The notes below the pieces were generated by a model, which was given only the letters and a program-made list of their open reading frames with translations, searched no databases and had not been told where the DNA came from. 64,000 nt of DNA from Myxococcota bacterium (lineage in GTDB: Bacteria > Myxococcota_A > UBA9160 > SZUA-336), in contig JBBDXF010000029.1 of the NCBI GenBank assembly GCA_040902485.1, positions 244,318 through 308,317 of the forward strand, in the 5' to 3' direction. Below are positions 54,284 through 63,076 of the stretch, in pieces; position 1 is the stretch's first letter; every line of letters begins with the position of its first letter. Both the position numbers and the translations under genes were made by a program.

Positions 54284-56653
54284 ATGGCGACCCCAGCCAC
54301 CCCTGCCTGGCGGGAAGGCAGCAAGCTCGTCCACCCCTTCAATCCCGAGCTTGGGGTGGGACTCGTTCGGCGCGTCGAAGGCCGGTATCTCGTGGTGTAC
54401 TTCCCGGCCGTCGAGCGCGAGGTGACGCTGGCCGCGCAGGGCGCGGGGCTCACGCCGCTGATCCTGCCGCCGGGGTCGCTCGCGGTGGAGCTCGAGGCCG
54501 GCCGCGAGGTGCGGATCGACCGCTGGGACGGCGACGCGTACCTGCTGGCCGACGGGCGGCGCGTGCCGGACGCGGAGCTGTGGCCGGTCGAGGGCAACGC
54601 CGGACCGATCGAGCGGCTGGCGCTGTTCAAGCTCGATCGGCTCGGCTCGTGGCGCAACCGCGTCGACGGCCTGCAGCTGCGGCGCGTGCGCGAGGCCGGC
54701 GGGCTCGGCTCGTTCCTGGGCGGGCGCATCAGCCTGTTCCCACACCAGCTCCACACGGCGCTCGCGGCGGTGCGCATGGATCCGGTGCGCTGGCTGCTCG
54801 CCGACGAGGTGGGGCTCGGCAAGACGATCATGGCCTGCCTCACGCTGTCGGCGCTGGTGCGCACCGGCCGCGCGTCGCGGGCGCTGGTGATCGCGCCGTC
54901 GACGCTCACCGTGCAGTGGCTGGGCGAGCTGTACCGCAAGTTCCACCAGGTGTTCGTGCTGCTCGACGAGGCGCGCATCGAGAGCGTCGAGCGCGACTAC
55001 GGCGAGGGCAACAACCCCTTCGACGTGCACCCGTTCGGTGTGATCTCGATGGAGGAGCTGGCGGCCGACCCGTCTTTGGCGCGCAAGGCGCGGCAGGTCG
55101 ATCTGGATCTCGTGGTCGTCGACGAGGCGCACCGGCTCGCGCTCGAGGACGTGGACGCGGCGATCGCGCCGCTGGTCGCGCGCGCGAAGCACGCGATCCT
55201 GCTCTCGGCGACGCCGCTGCAGGCGGACCGGCGCGGCTTCTTCCACCTGCTCCAGCTGCTGCATCCGGACCGCTTCCCCGCCTTCGACGCGTTCGACGCG
55301 GCGGTCTCCGAGGGGCGGGCGACGTTCCCGTGCACCAGCGCCGTGCGCCGCGCCGATCTCGGCGGGCTGCCGCCGCGGCGGCCGGTGCCGATCGACCTCG
55401 GCCCCGCGATGAAGGACCCGAAGAAGGATCCACGCGCCGAGTGGCTGACCCGGAACGTGCGCGCCTGGCACGAGCAGAAGGAGAAGGCGCTGGTCTTCGT
55501 GCACGACGTCGAGCGGCTCGAGAAGCTGCGCAAGCAGCTCGAGACCGCCGCGCACCTACACGTCGCGGTGTTCCACGAGGCGCTGACCGCGGCGCAGCGC
55601 GCCCTCGAGGTCGCGCGCTTCCGCGAGACGAACCTGCCCGTGCTGCTGTGCACCGAAGCCGCGACCGAGGGCCGCAACTTCCAGTTCTGCGATCGCATGG
55701 TCCACTACGACCTGCCGCTCGATCCGGTCGCGCTCGAGCAGCGCATCGGGCGGCTCGACCGAATCGGCCGCAGCAAGGACGTCGAGATCGTCTACTTCCG
55801 CTGCGAGCGCTCGAAGCCCGACGTGGCGAGCCTGTACGAGCGGCTCGATCTGTTCGCGCGCCCGTCGGCCGGGCTCGACCTCGCGCTCTCCGGCGTGCGC
55901 GACGCGCTCGAGCGCGCCGAGCGCGAAGGCGAAGCCGTCGACGAGGAGGCGCTGGTCGCTTCGATCGAAGCCGCGCGCGCGAAGACGATCGCCGACATCC
56001 CGCGCGTGCTCTACCAGGACGCCTACGAAGCAAAGCAGGCCGAGAAGATCCTCGCGCTGGTGCCGCCCGAGCTGGAGCACCTGACGCGGCGCTACTCGCT
56101 CGGCGCGGCCAACGACCTGGGGCTCAAGATCGTCGACAAGGGCGGCACCGCGCTCTACTACCTCGAGCTCGGCACGTCGCTCACCGTGGAGTCGATCCCG
56201 GGCGTGCCCGACGAGAGCCGCTGGCTCGGCACCTTCGACCGCGTCGAGGCCTTGCAGAAGGACGAGTTCGACTTCTTCGCCAACGGCCACCCGCTGGTCG
56301 AGGGGCTGCTGCTCGAGCTGGAGGACGGCGCGCGCGGCCGCACGGCCATGTTCACGGTGCCCTCGCCCGATCTGCGCGGCGCCGGCGTGATCTGCATCTT
56401 CAAGGACGGCGCGACCCTGCAGCCGGTCGTGTTCGACACCAAGGGCGAGCACCGCCCCGAGTGGGCACCCGTGATAATCGAGTCGCTGGGACGCGCGCGG
56501 CCCGCCAAGCCCGAGGAGCTCAAGCTCGACGCGCGCGCGGCGGACGGCATTCGCGAGCTCGGCAGCATGTGCGAGCTCGAGGTGGCCGAGACGGCGGTGC
56601 TCGAGTGCGCCGCGTTCTTCCGTTTCGTGCCGGACGAGGCGGTCGCCGCCTAG
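54284..56653 (+). CDS. SNF2/RapA-like superfamily 2 helicase
   Basis: LFPHQL (Q motif), LADEVGLGKT (motif I), DEAHRL (motif II), SATP, and helicase-C motifs (…LLCTEAATEGRNFQ…QRIGRLDRIGR). Confidence 0.75.
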   Translation: MATPATPAWREGSKLVHPFNPELGVGLVRRVEGRYLVVYFPAVEREVTLAAQGAGLTPLILPPGSLAVELEAGREVRIDRWDGDAYLLADGRRVPDAELWPVEGNAGPIERLALFKLDRLGSWRNRVDGLQLRRVREAGGLGSFLGGRISLFPHQLHTALAAVRMDPVRWLLADEVGLGKTIMACLTLSALVRTGRASRALVIAPSTLTVQWLGELYRKFHQVFVLLDEARIESVERDYGEGNNPFDVHPFGVISMEELAADPSLARKARQVDLDLVVVDEAHRLALEDVDAAIAPLVARAKHAILLSATPLQADRRGFFHLLQLLHPDRFPAFDAFDAAVSEGRATFPCTSAVRRADLGGLPPRRPVPIDLGPAMKDPKKDPRAEWLTRNVRAWHEQKEKALVFVHDVERLEKLRKQLETAAHLHVAVFHEALTAAQRALEVARFRETNLPVLLCTEAATEGRNFQFCDRMVHYDLPLDPVALEQRIGRLDRIGRSKDVEIVYFRCERSKPDVASLYERLDLFARPSAGLDLALSGVRDALERAEREGEAVDEEALVASIEAARAKTIADIPRVLYQDAYEAKQAEKILALVPPELEHLTRRYSLGAANDLGLKIVDKGGTALYYLELGTSLTVESIPGVPDESRWLGTFDRVEALQKDEFDFFANGHPLVEGLLLELEDGARGRTAMFTVPSPDLRGAGVICIFKDGATLQPVVFDTKGEHRPEWAPVIIESLGRARPAKPEELKLDARAADGIRELGSMCELEVAETAVLECAAFFRFVPDEAVAA

Positions 56654-56699
56654 AAGCCGGAGTGTACGGGCACCCTACACCGCGCCGGGTTGCCGGCCG

Positions 56700-57164
56700 A
56701 TGAACCCGAACATGAAGACGCAGCGAATACTCCTGGCGATCGCCCTGGCCTCGAGCTTCGAGCTCGCGCGCGAAGCGCTTGCGGACGGCGACGTGGGTCT
56801 CGATGTGCAGACGCAGGTCCAGCCGGCTGAAACGGACGTCGATGACGACAGCGACGACAGCCGCGAAATGGACGTCGACGAGGCCGGCGACTCGAGTCGC
56901 GAACAGGACGTCGATGACGCGGCTGACGAGGACCGCGAGCTCGATGTCGACGACGCGGACGACGCGAGCCGCGAACAGGAGCTCGACGACGCCGACGATC
57001 CCGACCGCGAGGTCGACGTCGACGAGGCCGGCGATCCCGACCGTGAAGAGGACGTCGACGACGTGACCGACGAGTCGCCCGGCTCGCTGGATGGCGACGA
57101 AGGCGAGAGCGACGAGGAAGTCGAAGCCGTACCGGTCGACGAGGACGAGGACGAAGAGAACTAG
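56700..57164 (+). CDS. secreted highly acidic repeat protein (Asp/Glu-rich, ~12-aa repeats)
   Basis: Signal peptide MKTQRILLAIALASS, then about six repeats of SRExDVDDAxDE. Roughly 45% D+E, consistent with possible Ca2+ binding. Confidence 0.5.
   Translation: MNPNMKTQRILLAIALASSFELAREALADGDVGLDVQTQVQPAETDVDDDSDDSREMDVDEAGDSSREQDVDDAADEDRELDVDDADDASREQELDDADDPDREVDVDEAGDPDREEDVDDVTDESPGSLDGDEGESDEEVEAVPVDEDEDEEN
56836..57074 (+). repeat. about 6.5 tandem 36-bp coding repeats (GACGTCGAYGAsgcnGAcgannnnCGCGAaca-like)
   Basis: Seen directly in the sequence; encodes the acidic repeats of 56700..57164. Confidence 0.5.
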
Positions 57165-57883
57165 GCGGACTGGCGCAGCCGCTCGGTCGCGATCGCGGAC
57201 ACCGCCGCCTGCAGGTTGTAGCAGGGGATGAAGCCCGCCATCGGCACGCGGATCGACGCGTCGCAGCGGGCGAGCAGCTCCGGCGGGATGCCGCCGTTCT
57301 CGCCACCCACCACGAACACGCGCGGTCCGGTCAGATCGACCTGCCAGGGCGCGTGCTCGCCCGACTCGTCGAGCGCGATCACGCGGTGGCCGTGCGCGCG
57401 CGCGGCGTCGAGCACCTCGAGCGCCTTGCGCCAGTAGACCGGCATGAACTTGTCGGCGCGCATGGCGGCGCGCAACGCCGAGCGCTTGGCCTCGTGGTCG
57501 AAGCTACCGTCGATCGCGATCGCATCGGCGCCCGACACTTCGGCGGTTCGGACGACCATGCCGATGTTGCCCGGATAGGCGACGCCGACCAGCAGCCAGA
57601 GCGCGCCGCCGCGCGCGAGTGTGGCCTCGAGATCGGCGTCCGGGTCGCGGCCTACCAGCGCCAGGATCTCCTGCGCGGGGCGCACGTGACACAGGCGCGT
57701 GACGACGTTGCGCGTCGCCAGCCGCACCTCGATCCCGAGCTCGCGCGCGCGCGTGACCAGCGGCGCCACCTCTTCGTGGCGGGCGTCCTCCTGCACCAGC
57801 AGGAGGCGCACGTCCTCACCCGCGCGCAACGCGGCCGCGATCGCTTCGGGACCGGCGAGCTGTCGCACGCGAGGCTCTTTCAC
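57161..57883 (-). CDS. TrmH/SpoU family RNA 2'-O-methyltransferase (RlmB-like)
   Basis: N-terminal substrate-binding domain, then SPOUT motifs (…LLVGVAYPGNIGMVVRTAEVSGADAI…, …VFVVGGENGGIP…RVPMAGF…SLNLQAAVS-like). GTG start with no upstream in-frame ATG. Confidence 0.65.
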   Translation of the reverse strand: MKEPRVRQLAGPEAIAAALRAGEDVRLLLVQEDARHEEVAPLVTRARELGIEVRLATRNVVTRLCHVRPAQEILALVGRDPDADLEATLARGGALWLLVGVAYPGNIGMVVRTAEVSGADAIAIDGSFDHEAKRSALRAAMRADKFMPVYWRKALEVLDAARAHGHRVIALDESGEHAPWQVDLTGPRVFVVGGENGGIPPELLARCDASIRVPMAGFIPCYNLQAAVSAIATERLRQSA

Positions 57884-57894
57884 TTTGCCGGAGC

Positions 57895-59667
57895 TTACGG
57901 GAGAAACGGCGCGCAGACATGCGCGATGCCGGATGCGGCGCCCGCGAGGGCCCGGCGCAGGCGCACGGCGTCGATCAGGTCGCAGCCGGCCGATCCGCCC
58001 ACGTCGCACTTCTCGGGCGCGGGCAGCGCTCCGAGCGAGCCGGCCAGGAAGGCGCGCAGCGCGTCGACGTCGTCGCCGTCGACAATGCCGTCGTCGCTCG
58101 GATCGCCGCACTGGCAGCCGTCGCCGATCCCGTCGGCCAGCGGCGTCGCGACCCCGCCGGAGTCGAGCTGACCGCTGGTCGCGTCCACGGGGCACACGTC
58201 GAGCGCGTCCTCGACGCCGTCGCCGTCCCAGTCGCCGGTCGCGGCCGGCACGGTTCCGCCGAGGTGCCCGCGCACGACGTAGCCGGTCGGGCTCCCGGTC
58301 GCGAACAGCAGATCGCTGCCCGCCAGTCCGCCCGCGCTGTTGCCGTGCAGGAGCATCGGGCCCGGACAGCACTCCACGCCAATCTGCCCGGCCGGTGCCG
58401 TGGCCGCCAGCGTCTGGGCGACACCGAAGCGCGACGGCAGCAGCGGATGGGGCCGCGACAGGTTGCGCGGGTCGAACGCGAGCAGCGCGAGACCCCCGTC
58501 GTTGAACGAGGTGGCGGCCAGGAAGTCGCCCGACGCGCCAAAGCGCACCTGCGGCACGTACGAGTAGATCCCGCTCGAGCCGGGCGGCGGCGCGAGCACG
58601 ATCGGGTTCGCGCCGCCGCGGATCACGCGCTCGCGCAGGCACGGCACGCCGCCGGCGCTCGGGTCGCTGGTGCCGTTGCACGTCGGCCGCTGCAGGCGCG
58701 CGTCGACGGGCGCGGTCGGAAGCGCCGCCACGTCGCGCACGTCGACCGCGACGAGCTGGCGCAGCGTGGTCGAGCCCGCCACCGCGACGGAGCCCGTCGG
58801 GTCGAGCGCGAGCGAGCGCCCCGCAGGATTGCCGGGTCCGAGCGGGATCGAGCCGACCAGCAGACCCGTCGCTACCTCGACCACGTCGATGCTCCCCTGC
58901 CCCGTCACGAGCGGCGGAAAGCTCACGTCGAAGAGCCCCGCGTTCGTCACCGCGACGCGTCCGCCAGGAAGCTCGGTGAGCGCGATCGGATTCGGGTCGG
59001 ACGTGATCGCGTAGAACGGGCTCGCCGGCGCGACCGTCGTGGTCGGGCCGGAGTCGTCGATGCTGAAGAACAAGAGCGTTCCGGGATTCCAGATCGGGCT
59101 CGAGCCGGACTGCCGGATGTTCGAGGTGGCGACGACCAGGCGATTGCCGATGCGCAGCGCGGCGCTGGTGAAGTTGGTGGTGAAGCTCGCGATCGAGAGC
59201 GGCGCGCCGCTGCTCGGATAGGTGGTGAAGCTGCCCGCGATCACGTGCCGCGCCGGCACCGAGCTGCGGCTCGCGCCCGAGTAGAGCAGCGGCCAGCCCG
59301 CGCCAGTCGCGTAGTCGAACGGCACCACGAGCTCGCACACCGACGTCGTGAGCCAGCCGCGTGTCTCGCCGGTTCCGCGCTCGAGCGAGAAGTTCCCCAC
59401 CTTCGGCACGAGCTGCACGGGATTCACGAAGCAGCTGGCGGGCTCGTAGGCGAGCACGTAGTACGCGCCGGCCCAGCCGAGCGGGTGGGCCGGGGTCATC
59501 TGCAGCTGGTACACGCCGGGCGCACCGACCGGCGCCGCGACGAACGCGCGGTTCGGATCGGTCGGGTGCGCCTCGAGCCCGGCCGGGAACTGCACGACCT
59601 GCAGCGCGTCCATCGAAGCGGAGCCGACCGTGAGCGTGGCGGCGAGCAGCACGGCGGCGGCGCTCAC
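57895..59667 (-). CDS. secreted repeat protein (beta-propeller-like) with Asp/Cys-rich C-terminal module, co-transcribed with the BtuB-like receptor
   Basis: GTG start in a GTGA overlap with the receptor stop. Signal peptide VSAAAVLLAATLTVGSAS. Internal repeats (…RLVVATSN…, …GRVAVTNAG…, …GSVAVAGST…). C-terminal DWDGDGVEDALDVCP…GDGCQCGDPSDDGIVDGDDVDALRAF is TSP3/dockerin-like Ca-binding sequence. Confidence 0.5.
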   Translation of the reverse strand: MSAAAVLLAATLTVGSASMDALQVVQFPAGLEAHPTDPNRAFVAAPVGAPGVYQLQMTPAHPLGWAGAYYVLAYEPASCFVNPVQLVPKVGNFSLERGTGETRGWLTTSVCELVVPFDYATGAGWPLLYSGASRSSVPARHVIAGSFTTYPSSGAPLSIASFTTNFTSAALRIGNRLVVATSNIRQSGSSPIWNPGTLLFFSIDDSGPTTTVAPASPFYAITSDPNPIALTELPGGRVAVTNAGLFDVSFPPLVTGQGSIDVVEVATGLLVGSIPLGPGNPAGRSLALDPTGSVAVAGSTTLRQLVAVDVRDVAALPTAPVDARLQRPTCNGTSDPSAGGVPCLRERVIRGGANPIVLAPPPGSSGIYSYVPQVRFGASGDFLAATSFNDGGLALLAFDPRNLSRPHPLLPSRFGVAQTLAATAPAGQIGVECCPGPMLLHGNSAGGLAGSDLLFATGSPTGYVVRGHLGGTVPAATGDWDGDGVEDALDVCPVDATSGQLDSGGVATPLADGIGDGCQCGDPSDDGIVDGDDVDALRAFLAGSLGALPAPEKCDVGGSAGCDLIDAVRLRRALAGAASGIAHVCAPFLP

Positions 59668-61754
59668 GGCGTCGCCCCGCGCAGGCGCACCAGCCAGAGC
59701 GTCTGGTTCGGCAGCGGCTGGCCGATCGAGTCGTAGCGCTGCTCGTGGTTCAGGTTCGCGGCCTCGATCGAGAGCGCGACGCTCGGGGGAAGGAACTCGA
59801 AGCCCGGCACGCGCTGCGGGCGCAAGATCACACCCGCATCCACCTGGAAGCCCGCCTCGGCTAGCGTCGGGTTGCCCACCTGGTACGAGACCTCGCTCTC
59901 GTAGCGGATCTCGGTCCACGGCTCGACGGGCCCCAGGTCGAGCGAAGCGGAGAGCGCCACCCGGTCCTCCGGCACGTGCGGGAATACGCGCTCGACGCCG
60001 CTCGCGAACGCCGCCCCGCTGCCCGTCCCGCCGAGGTAACGCGTGTCGGTGTAGGTGTAGCCGACGCCGAGCTGCAAGCGTTCGAAGAGCCGAGCGCCCA
60101 CGCCGAGCTCGAAGCCCAGCGCGCGCGTCGGACCGGTGTTGACCGGCATGAAGGCGTTGCTGGCGGTGAACATCCACTCGATGCCCTCGTCGATCTCGCG
60201 CTGGAACACGTCGGCCGAGAAGTGCAGATCGCGAACCGGTCCCACGCCGCGGCTTGCGAGCTCGAAGCCGAGGTCCGCGTTCCAGCCGCGCTCGGAGAGC
60301 AGCGCCGGATTGCCGCGGATGAAGCCCCAGTCGGGATGGAACAGGTCGGTGAACGTGGGCCGCCGCGCCACGCGCTTCCAGTTCGCCTTGGCGCGCAGGC
60401 CGGGGGCGAGCTGCCAGATCGCGCCCACCGACGGCAGCCAGGCATTCTCGTCGCGCGGCGACACTTCGACGAGCGGCTGCGACGCGGCCGAGCGCGCCAG
60501 CCCGTCGCTGGTGTCCGCGCGCTCGAAGGCGAGCGCCGGGAAGATGCGCAGCTCGCCGCCGAAGAAGCTGAGCTCCGACGCGACCGAGACCAACACCGTC
60601 GTGCGTCGGTGGATCTCCGCGTCCGAGGAGTCGACGCGCGCGTAGCGCAGGCTCGAGGCCGCGCGGCCGCCCAGCTCGACCCAGTCGAACGAGAGCGGAT
60701 CTGCCACCCAGCGCGTGTCGAGCGACGACTCGGATTCGCGGATGACTGCGGAGTCGCGCCCGCCCGTCACCAGCGGATTCACGAACTCGCAGGCACCGGC
60801 GGGATCGTCGAGCCGGTCCTCTTCGGCGCGGAACGCTCCTGCCACCTCGAAAGCGCCGCCGAGCGCGCGCTCGTGGCTCCAGCCCAGACGCAGGAGGCCT
60901 CGCTCGTACGACTCGTCCGAAGTGGTGCACGAGAGCGGGTCGTCGGTGATGAAGAACGGCTTTGCCCAGGTGCTGCCCGGCTCGCCGCCGTCCTTCTGGT
61001 ACAAGTCGAGCGTCGCGTCGAGCCGCGAGCGCGCGCCGGTCGCGAGCGTGCCGCGCAGGAGACCCGCGTTCTCGACGAAGTCCGCGTTGAGACGCGTGTG
61101 CGAGATCGTGCCGATCGGCACCGGCTGGCCCGGAAGCGGGTTGGGGACGAACTCGGGCGCCTCGACTTCGAAGCGGTAGTCGTTGTCGCTGCGCAGGCGC
61201 GAGAAGGTCGCGAGCGCCTGCCCGCGCTCGCCGCCGCCGGAGAGCGTGAGATCGCCGCCGAGCGTCTCGTACGTGCCGGCGCTGAGCGACGCGTCGGCCG
61301 CGGGATCGGCGCTCTCCGGCTTGCGCGTGGTGATCGCGATGACGCCGCCCTCGGCGCCGCTGCCGAAGCGCGCCGAGCCGCCCCCGCGCAGCACCTCGAT
61401 GCGCTCCACCTGGCGCAGCGGGATCGTCGACAGATTCACCGCTCCGCGCTGCGCGCTGTTGAGCCGCACGCCGTCGACCAGCACGAGCACCTGCTCGGCC
61501 TTCGAGCCGCGGATCGAGGCGGTGCTGGCCGAGCCGAGCCCGCCGTAGCGCTGCACGCGCACGCCCGGAACCTGGTCGAGCAGCTCGGCCACGGTCGCGA
61601 AGCGCTCGTCGTAGTCGCGCGCTTCGATCACGGTCGAGAACGCCGAGGGATCCTCGGCCGATTCGGACAGCTCGCCGGCTACACCGTACGGTGCAACCGC
61701 GAACAGAGCTGCGAGGACCGCATTGCCTGCGATCCGGTTGGATTTTCGTCGCAC
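59664..61754 (-). CDS. TonB-dependent receptor, BtuB-like (cobalamin/corrinoid outer-membrane transporter candidate)
   Basis: Signal peptide, TonB box region, plug (…VERIEVLRGGGSARFGSGAEGGVIAITT), 22-strand barrel, and a C-terminal aromatic residue. Immediately downstream of a cobalamin riboswitch on the same strand. Confidence 0.8.
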   Translation of the reverse strand: MRRKSNRIAGNAVLAALFAVAPYGVAGELSESAEDPSAFSTVIEARDYDERFATVAELLDQVPGVRVQRYGGLGSASTASIRGSKAEQVLVLVDGVRLNSAQRGAVNLSTIPLRQVERIEVLRGGGSARFGSGAEGGVIAITTRKPESADPAADASLSAGTYETLGGDLTLSGGGERGQALATFSRLRSDNDYRFEVEAPEFVPNPLPGQPVPIGTISHTRLNADFVENAGLLRGTLATGARSRLDATLDLYQKDGGEPGSTWAKPFFITDDPLSCTTSDESYERGLLRLGWSHERALGGAFEVAGAFRAEEDRLDDPAGACEFVNPLVTGGRDSAVIRESESSLDTRWVADPLSFDWVELGGRAASSLRYARVDSSDAEIHRRTTVLVSVASELSFFGGELRIFPALAFERADTSDGLARSAASQPLVEVSPRDENAWLPSVGAIWQLAPGLRAKANWKRVARRPTFTDLFHPDWGFIRGNPALLSERGWNADLGFELASRGVGPVRDLHFSADVFQREIDEGIEWMFTASNAFMPVNTGPTRALGFELGVGARLFERLQLGVGYTYTDTRYLGGTGSGAAFASGVERVFPHVPEDRVALSASLDLGPVEPWTEIRYESEVSYQVGNPTLAEAGFQVDAGVILRPQRVPGFEFLPPSVALSIEAANLNHEQRYDSIGQPLPNQTLWLVRLRGATP

Positions 61755-61789
61755 CGAGTGACTCCCTCCGCGGAGAGCGGGACTCCCAT

Positions 61790-61965
61790 CCCGATCACTC
61801 GGCAGGTCTCCTGGCTCAGGGGTCTGGCGCCGGAATCGAGCCTTCCCCGGGATCGCTCCCGAGTGGCGTCTTTCGATCCGACTCCCCCATCACAGTGGCG
61901 GGACCGCGGCCGATTTTCACGGCCTTCCCTCTTAGGTCCGCGACGCGGACACCGAGTGCCGCCAT
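61790..61965 (-). ncRNA. cobalamin (B12) riboswitch in the 5' leader of the BtuB-like receptor
   Basis: The minus-strand read contains AGGGAAGGCCGTGAAAATCGGCCGCGGTCCCGCCACTGTGATGGG (GGGAA…GGTG.AA..CC…CCCGCCACTG B12 box) and the 3' AGCCAGGAGACCTGCC element. Ends about 40 nt before the receptor start. Confidence 0.7.
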
Positions 61966-62059
61966 CGGTATCACCCGCTGCGCAACGCTGTCAACCTCTT
62001 CAAGCACTTGACGTCGGGGCTTGACGTGTCGGCGGCGAGCGCGTACTTCTCGCCACGTA

Positions 62060-62225
62060 CGAGTCGCGGAAGGTGTCGGGAAGCCGGTGTGAATCCGGCG
62101 CGAGCCCGTCGCTGTAACCGGGGACGAACGCCGCACTCCGAGCCATCGGAGCGGAGCCACTGGGATCGCAGGATCCTGGGAAGGCGCGGCGTGAGGACGA
62201 TCCGGGAGCCAGAAGACCGGCCTTC
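62060..62225 (+). ncRNA. cobalamin (B12) riboswitch in the 5' leader of the PEP-CTERM protein gene
   Basis: The plus-strand read contains GGGAAGCCGGTGTGAATCCGGCGCGAGCCCG…, the B12 box GCCACTGGGA, and the 3' AGCCAGAAGACCGGCC. Followed by AAAGGAA and the ATG at 62270. Upstream TTGACG-N17-TACTTC is a plausible promoter. Confidence 0.7.
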
Positions 62226-62269
62226 CGCAGGGAAAGAAAACTTCTCCGGCAGCGAGAAAGGAATCCACC

Positions 62270-63076
62270 ATGCGAGTCCTCGGTCTTCTATTGCTCTGCG
62301 TCTTCGCGCGCCCCGCTTTCGCGTCGTCGTTCGCCACGCAGGTCGTGAGCTACACGGCCGGCACGAACGTTCTCACCGGCTACGACGATCCGCTCTCGTC
62401 GCTCGGCGAGCCCGCGCGCTCGACGGGCACGGGCCCGTTCGACGGCGACGTGACGCCGTTCAACGCGCCCTACACCGCCGATCAGGTCGTGGGAGTCGGC
62501 GCCGGCGGCGAGCTGGTGCTGCGCTTCGATCACCAGGTGACCGACGATCCTGAGAACCTGTACGGCATCGACCTCTTGATCTACGGCAACGCGTTCCTCG
62601 GCCTCTCCTTCGAGACCTTCCTCGCCGACGGCACGGTGTTCGGCGAGCCGGCGCGCGTCGCCGTGAGTCAGGACGGATCGCTGTGGATCGACGCGACCGG
62701 GCTGTTCGCGGACGATCTCTTCCCGACGCTCGCGTACCAGGATCCGCCGGGTCCGTTCTCGAGCGGCGGCACGATCCCGACCAGCTTCACGCGCCCGGTC
62801 GATCCGTCGCTCGACGCGTCGGACTTCAACGGTCTCGACACCGCGCAGATCGCGGCGCTCTACGGCGGCGGCGCGGGCGGGCTCGGCATCGACCTCGGCG
62901 CGCTCGGACTGCCGTGGATCGAGTACGTGCGCATCTGGCAGCCGAGCGGCGACGGCTACGCGTCCGAGATCGACGCCATCGCCGACGTGCCGGAGCCCGC
63001 TTCGCGGACACTGCTCGGCGTCGCCGCGCTCGCGCTCATTTCGCGTCGAGCGCGAACACGCCGTCCCAGTCGCTAG
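62270..63076 (+). CDS. PEP-CTERM sorting domain-containing secreted protein (B12-riboswitch controlled)
   Basis: Signal peptide MRVLGLLLLCVFARPAFA. C-terminal DVPEPASRTLLGVAALALISRRARTRR. No known catalytic motif. Confidence 0.6.
   Translation: MRVLGLLLLCVFARPAFASSFATQVVSYTAGTNVLTGYDDPLSSLGEPARSTGTGPFDGDVTPFNAPYTADQVVGVGAGGELVLRFDHQVTDDPENLYGIDLLIYGNAFLGLSFETFLADGTVFGEPARVAVSQDGSLWIDATGLFADDLFPTLAYQDPPGPFSSGGTIPTSFTRPVDPSLDASDFNGLDTAQIAALYGGGAGGLGIDLGALGLPWIEYVRIWQPSGDGYASEIDAIADVPEPASRTLLGVAALALISRRARTRRPSR

Noticed and set aside
57895-60930. 1011-aa minus-strand ORF
   Set aside because: Only the last ~590 aa (from the GTG overlapping the TBDR stop) form a plausible secreted protein; upstream residues are antisense translation of the TBDR gene.
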